A stretch of 56,632 nt of DNA, the filler included, from Dugesia japonica (taxonomy: Eukaryota): assembly GCA_001938525.1 (NCBI GenBank). It is 5 parts of 5 records of this genome, joined end to end, with 100 filler letters (N's around TTAATTAATTAA, not from the genome) between each part and the next. Parts side by side here need not be neighbours in the genome. Positions count along the whole stretch, not along the records: positions 35,313 to 47,432 come from MQRL01588370.1; positions 47,533 to 56,632 come from MQRL01578424.1; 3 more parts are not named here. The stretch is one strand, 5' to 3'. The notes beneath the pieces are model-generated. The model did not search any database and was not told the DNA's origin. It saw nothing but the letters and a program-made list of their open reading frames with translations. The translations under genes were made by a program, and so were the position numbers. Shown piece after piece: positions 35,541 to 47,690 of the stretch (within the stretch, counting starts at the first letter, position 1; each line of letters starts with the position of its first letter).

Positions 35541-38500
35541 CTGCCCCTGGCCAGGACTACGGAGTAATTTTAAAATGATTGATTGTTGGCTTCAAGCGAT
35601 CTACAGAAACCTTTTTATCTTCGCCGTTGATCTTGATTTTGAAGATTTTCATATCTACACTTCGGTCGATTACTTCGAATGGTCAATCATATGGGTACTG
35701 TAAACTTCTCGGGTTTTCATTTCTTAACTACACTTGTTTGCAGTCGTATAATTCAAAAAGAACGAAAGTCTTGCATTTCGGTCTCCTCGGTTGATGTTGA
35801 TTATCGTTGATTTCTATTTTTTTTCCTACTTCTTCTGGTAATATTTCGTCAAAATGAATGCTGATTTTCAGGTCCCCTTGAATCCGGATCGTGGAACCAA
35901 ACATCATATTCGCTGGTGAAACTTTATTATCTAAAAATCTTGAATTATTTAATCCCAGCATTACTTTCGGAAGGTCTTTGCACCGTGTTTTCTCGGCATT
36001 AATGCAGTGCGCTCTGAGTGCGTTTTTCAGGGATCTGTAAAATCGCTCAACTTATCCATTATATTTTGGATGATATACTGTTTTAGTCCTGTGACTAATA
36101 CTATTTTTATTACATATTTCTTGAAATGATAATGAGGTAAATTGCTTTCCTTGATCTGTAATCAGTATTTCGGGACTACCAAATCTGCTGAGCCATTCTC
36201 TTTTTAAAGCCGCAATAACATTTTCAGTTGTTATCTCACCCAACGGCACAGCTTCCGTCAACGATCTGTGCCTGTCGATCATAGTCAATAAATATTCTTT
36301 ACCCATTACGTTTGGCAAAGAACCCACAATGTAAACGCGTAGGATTTTAAGTCTTCCCAGAATTTGTAGTGATCCTAAGGTTGACTTTGTGTGTCTAGAT
36401 ATTTTGGCTTTTTGGCATTTAAGACATTTTATTGTCCATCTTCTTATGTCTGATTTCATCTTGGGTCATACATATCGTTGTTTGACCATCTTTATAGAGT
36501 TATTAGCTCTGGGGGTCGAGAAGTTGTGTAATCTCTAGAATTCTTCAAATCTGAAGCAATTTGGCAATATTATTCTTTCTAGACCAATACAAACATCAAC
36601 CATAACATTATCGCGGTGTTTTATGATAAGCAAAGATTTCTGTTTTAAGTCTTGAATCAATCTGTATTGTTTTTGTTCATCAATTAAACAATCTTTGGAA
36701 AGTTGCAAAATTTTGTGTTCATTGTCATCTTCCGTTATTCTTGACAAAAAATCTGCGCCTACATTATCGCTTCCTTTCAGGTATTGTATTTCAAGTTGGA
36801 ATGGATTGATGTATTCGATCCACCGCCATTGTTCTTTGATGGATCTTTCGTTGTTTTCATGTACGTTAGTGATTTGTGGTCTGTGCGCAATTTGCACTGA
36901 TTGCCTTCTATTAAATGTTTGAAATGTTTGGTTGCTAGATATATTGCTGAAGTTCACGATCAAATGTGGCATACTTCTGTTCGGTCTTGTGTAACGTTTT
37001 TGAAAAGAATGATACTGGCTCACATTCCAGTGTTGGATGTATGNNTACATAAGATAAATTTTTTGTTATTATCTGGAGGTATCATTGTTGTTATCTGATG
37101 CAAGTTGGATTTAGTGCTTTGAAATTCTATTTTTTGAGTTTCTGTTTACTTGAACATTTTTTATTTTTGCTGGTTCTAGCAACTAAATCATATAAATAAG
37201 CTAAATATCCGATAAATTTGGAATCATCCATTGATAGAATGTTAATTTCCCAATAAATCGTCTCAGAGATTTTACATTCTGTGGTGTTCGTAAACTTATT
37301 ATATTCGTTATATTCTCCGGAATTCGTTGAATATCTTTTCTTGAGATTTGAAAACCGAGAAATTTTATACTTGATTGATAGTAACACATTTTTCATGGTT
37401 GATTCTTAGTTTGGCATTCATGGGCGTTTCTAGAACTAGTTTTAAATGCTTCTCGTGTTTTTAATTTGATTCCGAAAGAATCAGGATACCATCAATGCAT
37501 GCTATTGCGTATTCTCTTGCTGAATCATCAATTGATTCATGTATCTTTGAAATGTTTGAGATGCATTTTGTAACCTAAATGGCATTTTTAGGTACTTGTA
37601 AAACCCAAACGGTGTGATTACTGCTGTTTTGTGCGTGTCTTCCGGTACGGTTGCTATTTGTTGATGTCTTTTCAAGATNNNNNNNNNNNNNNNNNNNNNN
37701 NNNNNNNNNNNNNNNNNNNNNNNNNNNNGTTCTAGCAACTAAATCATGTAAATAAGCTAAATATCCGATAAATTTGGAATCATCCATTGATAGAATGTTA
37801 ATGTCCCAATAAATCGTCTCAGAGATTTAACATTCTGTGGTGTCTGTAAACTTATTATATTCGTTATATTCTCCGGAATTCGTTGAATACCTTTTCTTGA
37901 GATTTGAAAACCAAGGAATTTTATACTTGATTGATAGTACACACATTTTGCATGGTTGATTCTTAGTTTGGCATTCATGAGCGTTTCTAAAACTAGTTTT
38001 AAATTCTTCTCGTGTTTTTAATTTGATTCTGAAAGAATCAGGATACCATCAATGCATGCTATTGCGTATTCTCTTGCTGAATCAACAATTGATCCATGTA
38101 TCTTTGAAAAGCTTGAGATGCATTTTGTAACCCAAATGGCAGTTTTAGGTACTTGTAAAGCCCAAACGGTGTGATTACTGCTGTTTTGTGCGTGTTTTCC
38201 GGTACGGTTGCTATTTGTTGATATGTCTTTTCAAGATCTGTTGATAAAAATATTGTGTTGGATGAAACTTGATCTAAAATATCCGATATCCGAGGAATTG
38301 GATATTTATCGGGTTTTGTTGCTGCATTGAGCAGTCAATAATCCCAACATGGACGATAAGAGTTATCTTTCTTTTTGACAACAACTATTGGTGAAGCTCA
38401 TTCACTCGTACTTGGTTTTATCACACTTGGCACAAAAGCTTATCAAAATCCTCTCTAACTGCTTTTAGGATATTTCTAGAAATCCGCCATACACGTTGAG

Positions 38501-39982
38501 CTACAGGAAATTTAGAAGTGACAATATGTAGTTGAGTTGGCGGTGTAGATATTGTTTCGTCATTATTTTCTGTTAGATTACTGAGTTNNNNNNNNNNNNN
38601 NNNNNNNNNNNNNNNNNNNNNNNNNNNNNNNNNNNNNGAGCAGTCAATAATCCCAACATGGACGATAAGAGTTATCTTTCTTTTTGACAACAACTATTGG
38701 TGAAGCTCATTTACTCGTACTTGGTTTTATCACACTTGGCACAAAAGCTTATCAAAATCTTCTCTAACTGCTTTTAAAATATTTCTGGAAATCCGCCTAG
38801 CACGTTGAGCTACAGGAAATTCAGAAGTGACAATATGTAGTTGAGTTGGCGGTGTAGATATTGTTTTGTCATTATTTTCTGTTAGATTACTGAGTTCCAT
38901 CATCTTGCGAGTTCATTGCGCTATTTTTTCTCTTCTGTGAATTTGGTTTTTGTTGCAACGAACAGTGATCCTCATGTGCTCTAAGAAATCAGAGTCTAAT
39001 ATTGGTTTACGGACGTCAGTAACTGTGAATGTCCATGTGAATGTTTCATTGAAACCTTTGATCCGAAATGTCAATATTCCTGTTTCAAAATCTTAATCGG
39101 AACGTTATTTGCTGCAATTAAATTTGCGAGTGCAAGTTTTATATCGCCATTAAATATTTTTGATGAAAGAACACTGATGTCTGCTCCTGTGTCTATAAGA
39201 AAAGCGAAGATTTTACTAGAAGTTTCAAAAGGCACTGGGAATATTGATATTACCGATTTGAGTTTTGGGATCGCAGCTATCAGCATCATTGAGATTCTTG
39301 ATCGTTTTTTGAAGAAACTTTGCATGAGTGTTGACATTTCTTTCCCTTTATTCCGAATCGTCTGTAAAAATAACATATCGTCTAAGCTTACTGTCTTGGC
39401 TGCTTCATTTGATTTGAGTCGAATCGCTGAAATTTCAGTCTTGAGATCATTGATCATTGATATGATTTCTGTGTGGTTGTTTGATGATTGAGAAATATGT
39501 TGAACCTCGAAATCAGCCTTGGCGTTCATTAATTTGTCTGCCATAAGTCCCAGATCTTTAATGGATTTAGAGTCTTGTAAAGTTAGATGCTGCGCTATTA
39601 ATTTTGGAAACGATTGGATGAATGCGCAACGAAGCATCACATTGTTACTGATTTCTGTTTGTGGATCGATCTGTTTGAAATGCATTGATATTTCCCTTAG
39701 AATCTCTGATGGTTATCATCACCGTGGTGCATTGATTTCTCAACGATTTGTTGCATGTAGTATGACGTTGATTTTTTTGGTTTGAATTATGGCTTCTTTT
39801 AAATTTTCATATGCCATTTCAGAGTTGCCGTATTAAGTGAAGGAACATTGTTTTTGGCCTTGTGATATTGGATAGCTGAAAAATAGCTTCTATCTGCATA
39901 AACCATACTAAAGAATTATCAAAATAACTCGAAAACTTGATTGAAAAATGATAATTTTTTGATATCTCACTTCTAGCATCAA

Positions 39983-40100
39983 TGTTGTGTTCCAAATTAT
40001 TTTGAATTTTAACAATACGATAATCAGCAAGATTTGAATTTCAAAAGTTTATTTAATATTAGAAATAGTTGATGCAAACAAATGATTTTTTGGCGCAACA
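39983..40100 (-). repeat. 5' LTR, 118 bp
   Basis: TGTTG...CAACA termini, next to the PBS-like sequence. Confidence 0.93.
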
Positions 40101-40404
40101 ATCGGGTTTCGAGTTTTTTTGGGTATCTAGTTAAGAAAACCAAGTAAAACCTGGATTTTTACTCAATGTTTATTTTAGTATGTAAAAAGTTTGAGATACA
40201 TTTTTGAAATATTAGCATGCCATAGACTATTCTAAAGTTCCCAAAGATTAAATACCTTTAATAAAACCAAATTCATTTAACTAAATTGTTTTATTTTCAA
40301 ACTTTCAAATAGAAAATCACAGAAATATCAGTAAATTTAAATATAACAATTATTTCTTACAGGTACAAATACTGTTTAAAAGGTATTATTATTAAAAAAC
40401 ATTT

Positions 40405-40900
40405 ACTTTTTATAAAACTGTTTGGTCACAAAGGTGCATTTACTATTTCGCCACTTAATCTGTTTCTTATTTTGTTTGAGAATAAACCAAAAGAAAAAAG
40501 TCCCGTTCAGCCTCAATATATATTGGTCTGATAGAACACAGTCATTTTAAAAGCTCTTCTAGATTTGTTGGAATTTTTTGTGTTGCTTTATGAAGATTTA
40601 TTTCTTTTTTAATTATTCTGGCACTATCCATGTTTTTATTTGGTATTATTTTGTCATATTCCTGCAAGAAGGACTTAAGTTCTTCGGTCAAAGACATCCG
40701 TTGTTTTTGGACTTGTTCGATTCTATATTTTCTGAAATTGAAGATTGCTGCTCAAACCAATGCGAATTGTTTACTGTATTACGTCTTACAAAATATGACC
40801 TTATATGTNTAAACGTATTTTCATCAGAGAAAATTGTAATACTCGGTATAAAGAATTTACAATATCAAGTTTGTTTTAAACTATAGTTTCAGATTTGTAT
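40405..40900 (-). mobile_element. hAT transposase C-terminal (dimerisation) remnant
   Basis: IIKKEINLHKAT..NLEELLK*LCSIRPIYIEAERDF..GLFSNKIRNRLSGEIVNA; AAAACCCGG-type subterminal motifs lie on both sides of the Gypsy insertion. Confidence 0.78.
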
Positions 40901-41099
40901 AATTTAATTGATGAAATGAGTAATTCAGCAACATGAATGCAAAGTCATGCAATAAGAATGCAAGGCATTTCCATGTTTAATAATTACCCTGTTTTCTGAT
41001 TATAAGTTAGCAGCTTAGTATATTTTAAAAGTTAAATACATCAGATGAAAAGCTCTTAGTAAATAATAGTAGCTAATTGAGAAATATACAAAACCAAAA

Positions 41100-41455
41100 T
41101 AAAATCTTGTATTTATAATCTTCATCTTCATCTTAATTAGCAAAATTTTCTTCATCTAAACGGTTTCAATGAGCTGTTCATGAATAATATTATATTCTAC
41201 TTGGTTTTCCGCTTCGTCATTATAGATATTATCAAGCTCATCCTGGTCATCTTCATAAAAGTTGATTGTTGTCTTCTTGAATTTGTTCTTGGTTGTGGAA
41301 ACTGGAACTGCCTTCCATGCCTCAGATATTCACCGTCAGATCTTTTCATAGGAAGTTCGCTTCAAATAATCAGACTTCGTATATTCTTTGTATTTATTCA
41401 TCATTTAATTTGCCCAATGATGGTGAAGGTGAACTTTGAATGATTTAATAACGCC
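41100..41455 (-). mobile_element. pogo-family transposase C-terminal remnant
   Basis: VIKSFKVHLHHHWAN*M..EYTKSDYLKRTSYEKI..ISEAWKAVPVSTTKNKFKKTTI, then an acidic tail. Confidence 0.75.
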
Positions 41456-42000
41456 AGCCATAAAAACTCGTCTATTAGCTACTATTTTCTTTTGTGATTC
41501 TTTGATTAGTTGAATTATCTTTATAGCTTGATGCTCCCGTTTTTCTTTCAATATGACTCTTCCAAATTTTGCTTCTAAAACATCAATGTGTATCTTGTTC
41601 TCTTCCAATAATCTTCTTTTTAACTCAAAGCCAAATTGCTGTTGTAGATCTATTTTTCCTATGATTTCTGGTCACAACTGTTTTGCTATCGTATATTCTT
41701 TGTTGTCCGATACATATCTCAACCATCACTTGCCTTGGCGTTTTCAGAATAATATTGTTAGCACATTGTAATTTTAGATCTGCTTTCTGTATTACTATAT
41801 TGCTCAGTTCCTTAAGAACTCTCTTGCTCATGAAGTTAATTTTTCCCCGGTGTCTAGCAAGCAATCAAATGGCTTATCTTGAATTTTCATCTCAATACTG
41901 TGCCTACCTTGCATTTAAGCATATAATATCTGTTTTCCTTTTCATTCTTTAACTGTCAATTATTTTGCTTCTCGATTTTTATCCTCGAAGTTTCTCTTTT
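41455..42000 (-). mobile_element. Gypsy aspartic protease remnant
   Basis: IQDKPFDCLLDTG, frameshift, INFMSKRVL..LQCANN; PEIIG and EAKFG match the protease region at 55111-55530. Confidence 0.8.
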
Positions 42001-42134
42001 TACTTCTATCTTTCCTTACAGTCCGAGGCCTTATTTAAAAATTTTAAAAAAAGTAAAAATTAAAAAAACGAAACAAAATTGCTGGCAAAATAGTTTTTCT
42101 CGACGAGGAGTAGAAGGAATGGCTGGAGCGCAAC

Positions 42135-42400
42135 TATCTACTTATTATGCATGTTTTATTGCTTACATCAAGCATTTTAGCTAACTCTTCGCATGTTAAA
42201 CATGAATAATTTTCAATAATTTTTTTCAAATCGTCTTCTTTGATCTTTGATGGTCACCGGAATGTGATGTATCTTCAATTAACTCATAATCCTTCATGAA
42301 TTTTGCAAACCGCTTTTTGGCAGCTCTTTTTCTCTCTAAAGGTATAGGCGACATACCTCGGCCTCCTTGGATCTAAGCTTTAGCATGTATAGCAAACATA
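42135..42400 (-). mobile_element. Mariner N-terminal HTH remnant
   Basis: AAKKRFAKF..IEDTSHSG.PSKIKEDDLKKIIENYSCLTCEELAKMLDVSNKT. Confidence 0.8.
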
Positions 42401-42799
42401 CTTTAATTAGATAAGTGTTGGGGTGAAACACCTGGTATCGAATATAAAAATGGCAATAAGTATACTCGAAATTCAAAAAAATGGTCATCAGAAAAGAAAG
42501 CAAAGCACTCGGACCTAAGANNNNNNNNNNNNNNNNNNNNNNNNNNNNNNNNNNNNNNNNNNNNNNNNNNNNNNNNNNNNNNNNNNNNNNNNNNNNNNNN
42601 NNNNNNNNNNNNNNNNNNNNNNNNNNNNNNNNNNNNNNNNNNNNNTAAGCAAACCAAAGAAGAAAATAAGTAATAGAAGCTGTAATAAGACAAAGAAAGA
42701 TAATGAATAACCATTATTGCATTAGTCAAAATCAAAAAAATCACATGGAATCAATATATGAGGAAAGAAAAATTAATTAAATGAATTAATTAATAGAAG

Positions 42800-43600
42800 A
42801 AAACAGTGAAATTAAATTTAAAACAAATCAAGAAACAAAGAAACGAACACTTAATTAAGATGCACAAAGAAAAGAAAATAAATCATAAGAATTAAAATGA
42901 TTTATTTTAAAATGGAAATTAAATTTATACGGAAAACTAGACAAATGAGGACTTCTTGTTCCGCTAAAATTATCAATTAAGAAAGTTCTGGTCGAGAAAA
43001 AATTAGAGATTTCGAAAATCAAGGTTAGAAAGTCATGGCAGAACGGGGAAAGAAGATATATCGGTTTAAAGATTGACCAATAATTTTGGAATCCCAAAAT
43101 AGTAGCCAATCCGAAGAAATCATGTGTTGAAATTAANNNNNNNNNNNNNNNNNNNNNNNNNNNNNNNNNNNNNNNNNNNNNNNNNNACAAATCAAGAAAC
43201 AAAGAAACGAACACTTAATTAAGATGCACAAAGAAAATAAAATAAATAATTTATTTATTTGAATAAAATTAATCATAAGAATTAAAATGATTTATTTTAA
43301 AATGGAAATTAAATTTATACGGAAAAATAGAAAAATGAGGACTTCTCGTTACGCTAAAATTATCAATTAAGAAAATTCTAGTCGAAAAAAAATTGGAGAT
43401 TTCTAAAATCAAGGTTAGAAAGTCATGGCAGAATAGGGAAAGAAGATATAAGGGTTTAAAGATTGACCAATAATTTTGGAATCTAAAAATAGAAGCCAAT
43501 CCGAAGAAATCATGTGATGAAATTAAAATAATCAGCCAATAGAACACAAAAGAATGAAAATTATCCAATGAAAAGGATGAGGGTGTAGCAAAAACCGGTA
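42800..43600 (+). mobile_element. Decayed LTR-element 3' tail, duplicated across a gap, with PPT and LTR start
   Basis: KIRDFENQG*KV resembles an integrase tail; GAAAAGGATGAGGG followed by TGTAG at 43584; 42820-43136 recurs at 43187-43520. Confidence 0.5.
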
Positions 43601-44429
43601 TAAATACGGATGCATTTTCATAAAAATTATTAATAATTTACCAAGTGTAACAGATTTCACTAATTTATCGAAATTTGAAGCGAAGACTTGATTCAANNNN
43701 NNNNNNNNNNNNNNNNNNNNNNNNNNNNNNNNNNNNNNNNNNNNNNNNNNNNNNNNNNNNNNNNNNNNNNNNNNNNNNNNNNNNNNNNNNNNNNNNNNNN
43801 NNNNNNNNNNNNNNNNNNNNNNNNNNNNNNNNNNNNNNNNNNNNNNNNNNNNNNNNNNNNNNNNNNNNNNNNNNNNNNNNNNNNNNNGTAAAATTTAGAA
43901 TATAATTTTTCACTCGTTGAATTCTTCTATTCCTTATAACAGTAAAAACATAAGGCATTGACTTTTAACCTAAAAGTAGTCATTAAGCAAACTCAGTTAA
44001 AAATGTTTAACCGTTAAAACGAAAATATTTCAATTAATTAGGACCTCATTAATTGATAAAATGAAATCTAATAAACAAGTTATAAGTTGAAGTATAATGG
44101 AATTATGACTGATAAGTAATAAGTATGCTTTGTAAATCAAGCGAGTATTATGAAATATGGACCCAAACCAAAGGAGTGCGAGTNNNNNNNNNNNNNNNNN
44201 NNNNNNNNNNNNNNNNNNNNNNNNNNNNTTTTTTGGGGACACCAGATTCAAATTCATCGCGGGGTTTTACCAGGTCAATTACCCTAGACTTATTTTTATA
44301 TAAAGTTCGACAGCCCTAGATTTAAATCATACATGAATTCAACCCACCTAGGGTAAAATCCCAACAATTTTACAATTACAAGTATAAATTAATAATGAGA
44401 AATTCAACTTTAAAAGTTGTTAAAAAGTC

Positions 44430-45420
44430 ATTTTAAGAGTTTAATAAAATATTTAATTTATTGGTTAAAATCATTCTTATTAAAAGATTAATTCTATTTA
44501 TAAAAATAAAAGATTAATTTCAGATTAATTAATTTCCACCGAATAACCGTCATCATCAAACAATTAATGACAAGTAAAACAAATTATTTAAATAGTTTAA
44601 ATAATTATTAAATCCACGGCACAAGTTTTCAACATCAGACAACCCTATTGAATTTAAATATTTTCTTCGATACTCAACTATATTACTTTTTCTACTATGC
44701 CTGGTACTCTGGTGCAGTGATGACGCGAAGTCTCTCTAATGTATGTGGCCTTACACCCATTCCATTTAAATTGATATACGGGATCAGAGCACAAGTCTAA
44801 AGGGGTTGTAGATTTATTATTGGACATATTTATAATCTTATGAGATTGTGATACAACTTTTATATTTAAAATTCTTTTAAGAGCATTTTAAATTGAAAAT
44901 TTAAATTTTTTAAAGCCTTCAGAATAAGATATAGATAAAATAATTTTAGGAATCTTTTCTACATCACACACGCCAGCATGAGATAAATTAGTATTTAATT
45001 ATTTTAAAGTTTCATAGACTAATTTGTCAGTGAAAATTTTAGAATACCCATTATTATGAAGTAATTCGATTAATTTATTTAGACTCTTATCTGCCTTGAT
45101 AAAGGTATAAGAGAGGGATCAAGAACCACGAATTGGTCATAAAATCATATTGCTTTTATATTTTATCACAAAACTGTCAGGATTTGTAAACAAACAGATA
45201 TCAGTTTATTTTCTATAAATTTATAAGTCAAAGGAGACATTCTTCTTTTCAATAAGCATATCAAGAAACGGAATAGTTGAATTGATCTCTTCTTCAAAAG
45301 TAAAGCCTATATTTCGATGCAAGTTATTCATATACTCGAAAAATAGATGAGCTTGGGAGCGATTTTCAAAAACAAGAAAAATGTCATCATTAAAAAGAAA
45401 TTGAACATTCGATGTTGCAT
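44430..45420 (-). mobile_element. PLE (family B): deleted RT, thumb, GIY-YIG and 3' end with degenerate hammerhead
   Basis: QFLFN|DDIFLVF..MNNLHRNIGFTFEEE..IPFLDMLI..IYRK, then VYQFKWNGCKATYIRETSRH; ttgatga-t-gacggttattcggtg-GAAA at 44521-44560. Confidence 0.9.
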
Positions 45421-45424
45421 AACT

Positions 45425-46290
45425 ATACAAAGCAAAGCCAGTATATGCAAGTAGATTTAAATGAAATAGAAAACGAACCACAAATGACAAGTATACCGCT
45501 TAAAATATTTACGGAAGAAGTAGCAAATCCAGTATCAAGCGTGAATCAATCAGCAGCTACGCCGAGAGAAATTCATTAAATAAACTCGCCAAGAGTTAAA
45601 AAATGTGGTAGACCAAAGAAGAAAATTGAACCAGTAGATACAGTTCTTATAAAGTAAGTGCATGCCAAAATTCTAGAATCAATAATCAATGAAATTGATC
45701 AAGAGGACGATGCAAAGGGTTCTATATAAGAGATGTACTGGAAAATATTACAGATTATCAGAAAAATAAAAGCAGAACTGAATATAAACAAATTGGGAAA
45801 TTAAAATCCAATTAGATTTGCCTTATATTTAAAGATAGTAATTAAGAAACTGCTTAAAAATTGCCGAATGAAAATATGCGGAATACAATGCATACTCTTG
45901 CAGTTCATGGTATAGCAAGTGGACAAGCTATGATAGTTTGTTAGTAAACGCAAATAATTATGTTTAAAAATTAAAAGTTAAAATAGCAAAACTATCAGTG
46001 ATACTTGATAATATATTTGCTCAGCGAATAAGCAATTCAACTGAATGGAATTCGTAACAAAAATATAATTGAGTACCTAGGGTTTAATTTAATATAGACA
46101 AAAATAATACCTGATTTTGAGCCTTTTCGTAAAGTTTTTGAACCATCAATGCAAATATTGGAAAGTTCAACTCAAACAATATTGATGACATGAATGATGT
46201 TAAAAATATTGAGACAAGCGAAAAGTTTGATAGCCTACAAATGTCATAATCCTAGTCCAACAGACATTTATTCGCTGGTAGATGCGATCT
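45425..46290 (+). pseudogene. Decayed ORF of unknown family with an AT-hook-like motif
   Basis: About 165 codons in one frame with only five stops, containing KKCGRPKKK; coding-like sequence continues downstream. Confidence 0.45.
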
Positions 46291-46429
46291 AATGTAATGA
46301 AGAGTATCACAGAAATTGAATATTACCAGTTACGTTTCTTTCAAAATTTAACTTCTTTAAATTACAATATATTTAAAAATCAAAATTACAACAATTTCTA
46401 ATAACATTTAAATAAATTTTTAATCATTG

Positions 46430-47432
46430 TAACTCTCTTCTTCTTCAAAATGCTTTCCACTTCTTTAACCATTCTATACTTCTGTACTTTGAACCGTAAA
46501 GAAATTTGATTTCTACTTGCCGATCTGATATGAACTTCATTATCTGATATGCTCCTTCATATTGTAAATTATTCTTTATTCTTTTGTGTGGTTTTTTACG
46601 AACTGACACCCACTCCCCACGTCGAAAATTCTCTATCCACGCTTTTAATTTTCAAAATTAGCCATTTTATTAGCTACCCCATTTAAATTTTGTCTAACTG
46701 TCTCTAGATTAACTGTTTTGTTTTCAGAAATGACTTCCGTCTTTGCATGCAAATTTATCCGCTTTCCAAAAATGATCTCAGATGGTGACAAATTTGTCAA
46801 TTCTTGAATAGTAGCGTTTATATTGAACTCAGTTCTTGAAAGTAATGCATCTCAGTTTTTCTAGCTACAATTTTCTTTAAGTGCAGTTGTAATATAGTCT
46901 GAATCATTCTTTCTACCAGCCATGTCGATTGGTGTTGGTACGGAGAGCTAAACTCTTGTTTCATATTAAACTTTGCTAACTTCTCTGACATGCATTTACT
47001 CTCAAACACTCTTCCTCTGTCGGTTCATATGCTATTTAGTTTACCGAAACAATATATCAATTTGTTCAAATTTATTTCAAAAATTGTTTCTTCATCTTTG
47101 ATACCACTGATATACTTACTAGTTAGCTAAAACAATTGATAATCTACTTTTTCCTGATACCACTGTTTCCATATGTGCAATATCTACCACCATTTGTTCC
47201 GAAATTTCTTGACACTCTCTAGCTAGCATTAGTTTTTTCGTTATTCCCTAATCACNCATTCGTTCAAATTATTTTTAATAGTCTCCATCATTGCAGGGCA
47301 GTAATAATTATTCTCTAAATATGAAAATATCTTCTTTATTCCTAAAGGACATAATTCTTCATGAATATGTTTGATCATTTAGTTGGTTATACTCATTGGT
47401 ATTATCAAATTCTTATTTTTTCTTTCTACGAC
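46430..47432 (-). mobile_element. Decayed Gypsy integrase and PPT
   Basis: HIHEELCPLG..LENNYYCP, VVDIAHM, DRGRVFES, FSSPYQHQSTWLVER, LSPSEIIFG, FRRGEWV..YEGAY; purine tract GAAGAAGAAGAGAG. Confidence 0.9.
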
Positions 47433-47532
47433 NNNNNNNNNNNNNNNNNNNNNNNNNNNNNNNNNNNNNNNNNNNNTTAATTAATTAANNNNNNNNNNNN
47501 NNNNNNNNNNNNNNNNNNNNNNNNNNNNNNNN
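47433..47532. other. Artificial contig linker
   Basis: 44 N + TTAATTAATTAA + 44 N. Confidence 0.97.
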
Positions 47533-47546
47533 GTATTTTCTCACAA

Positions 47547-47640
47547 TTCACTAGTCTTCAGTTATCAAAGCTCTGTTCACTAGTCTTCAGACATCAATGT
47601 TCTGTTTGTGTACTGATCTTCAGTAATGAAATCTCTAATT
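47547..47640. repeat. About 29-bp tandem repeat, 3 diverged copies
   Basis: ttcactagtcttcag..atcaa..ctgt twice, plus a third diverged copy. Confidence 0.7.
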
Positions 47641-47690
47641 CTTGCTCGATCATACTAAATATTTCCTTATTGAAACCATTGCAAATTACC

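Larger units (their letters stand above)
35422..40100 (-). mobile_element. Ty3/Gypsy element (CsRn1-like) with both LTRs, decayed gag-PR-RT-IN
   Basis: LTRs at 35422-35540 and 39983-40100; TSD CTCGG/ATCGG; PBS-like TGATGCTAGAAGTGAGAT; PPT AGGGGCAG. Motifs FLIDTGADISV, HKTAVITPFG..MPF.LQNASQTFQRYM, IKFLGFQIS, YLKGSDNVGADFLSR, CLKCQKAK, LLTMIDR, LITDQGKQF, YHPKYNG. Confidence 0.95.

Noticed and set aside
41625-41864. HRGK..C as an integrase zinc finger (Ginger/KRBA2-like)
   Set aside because: The adjacent frame gives CLLDTG, and the rest fits a Gypsy protease.
42855-43568. Two similar Phe-rich minus-strand ORFs as a membrane protein pair
   Set aside because: Antisense frames of a purine-rich, duplicated LTR-element tail.
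45640-45700. Histone H2B-like VLIK*VH motif
   Set aside because: Only a few residues match and no histone fold follows.
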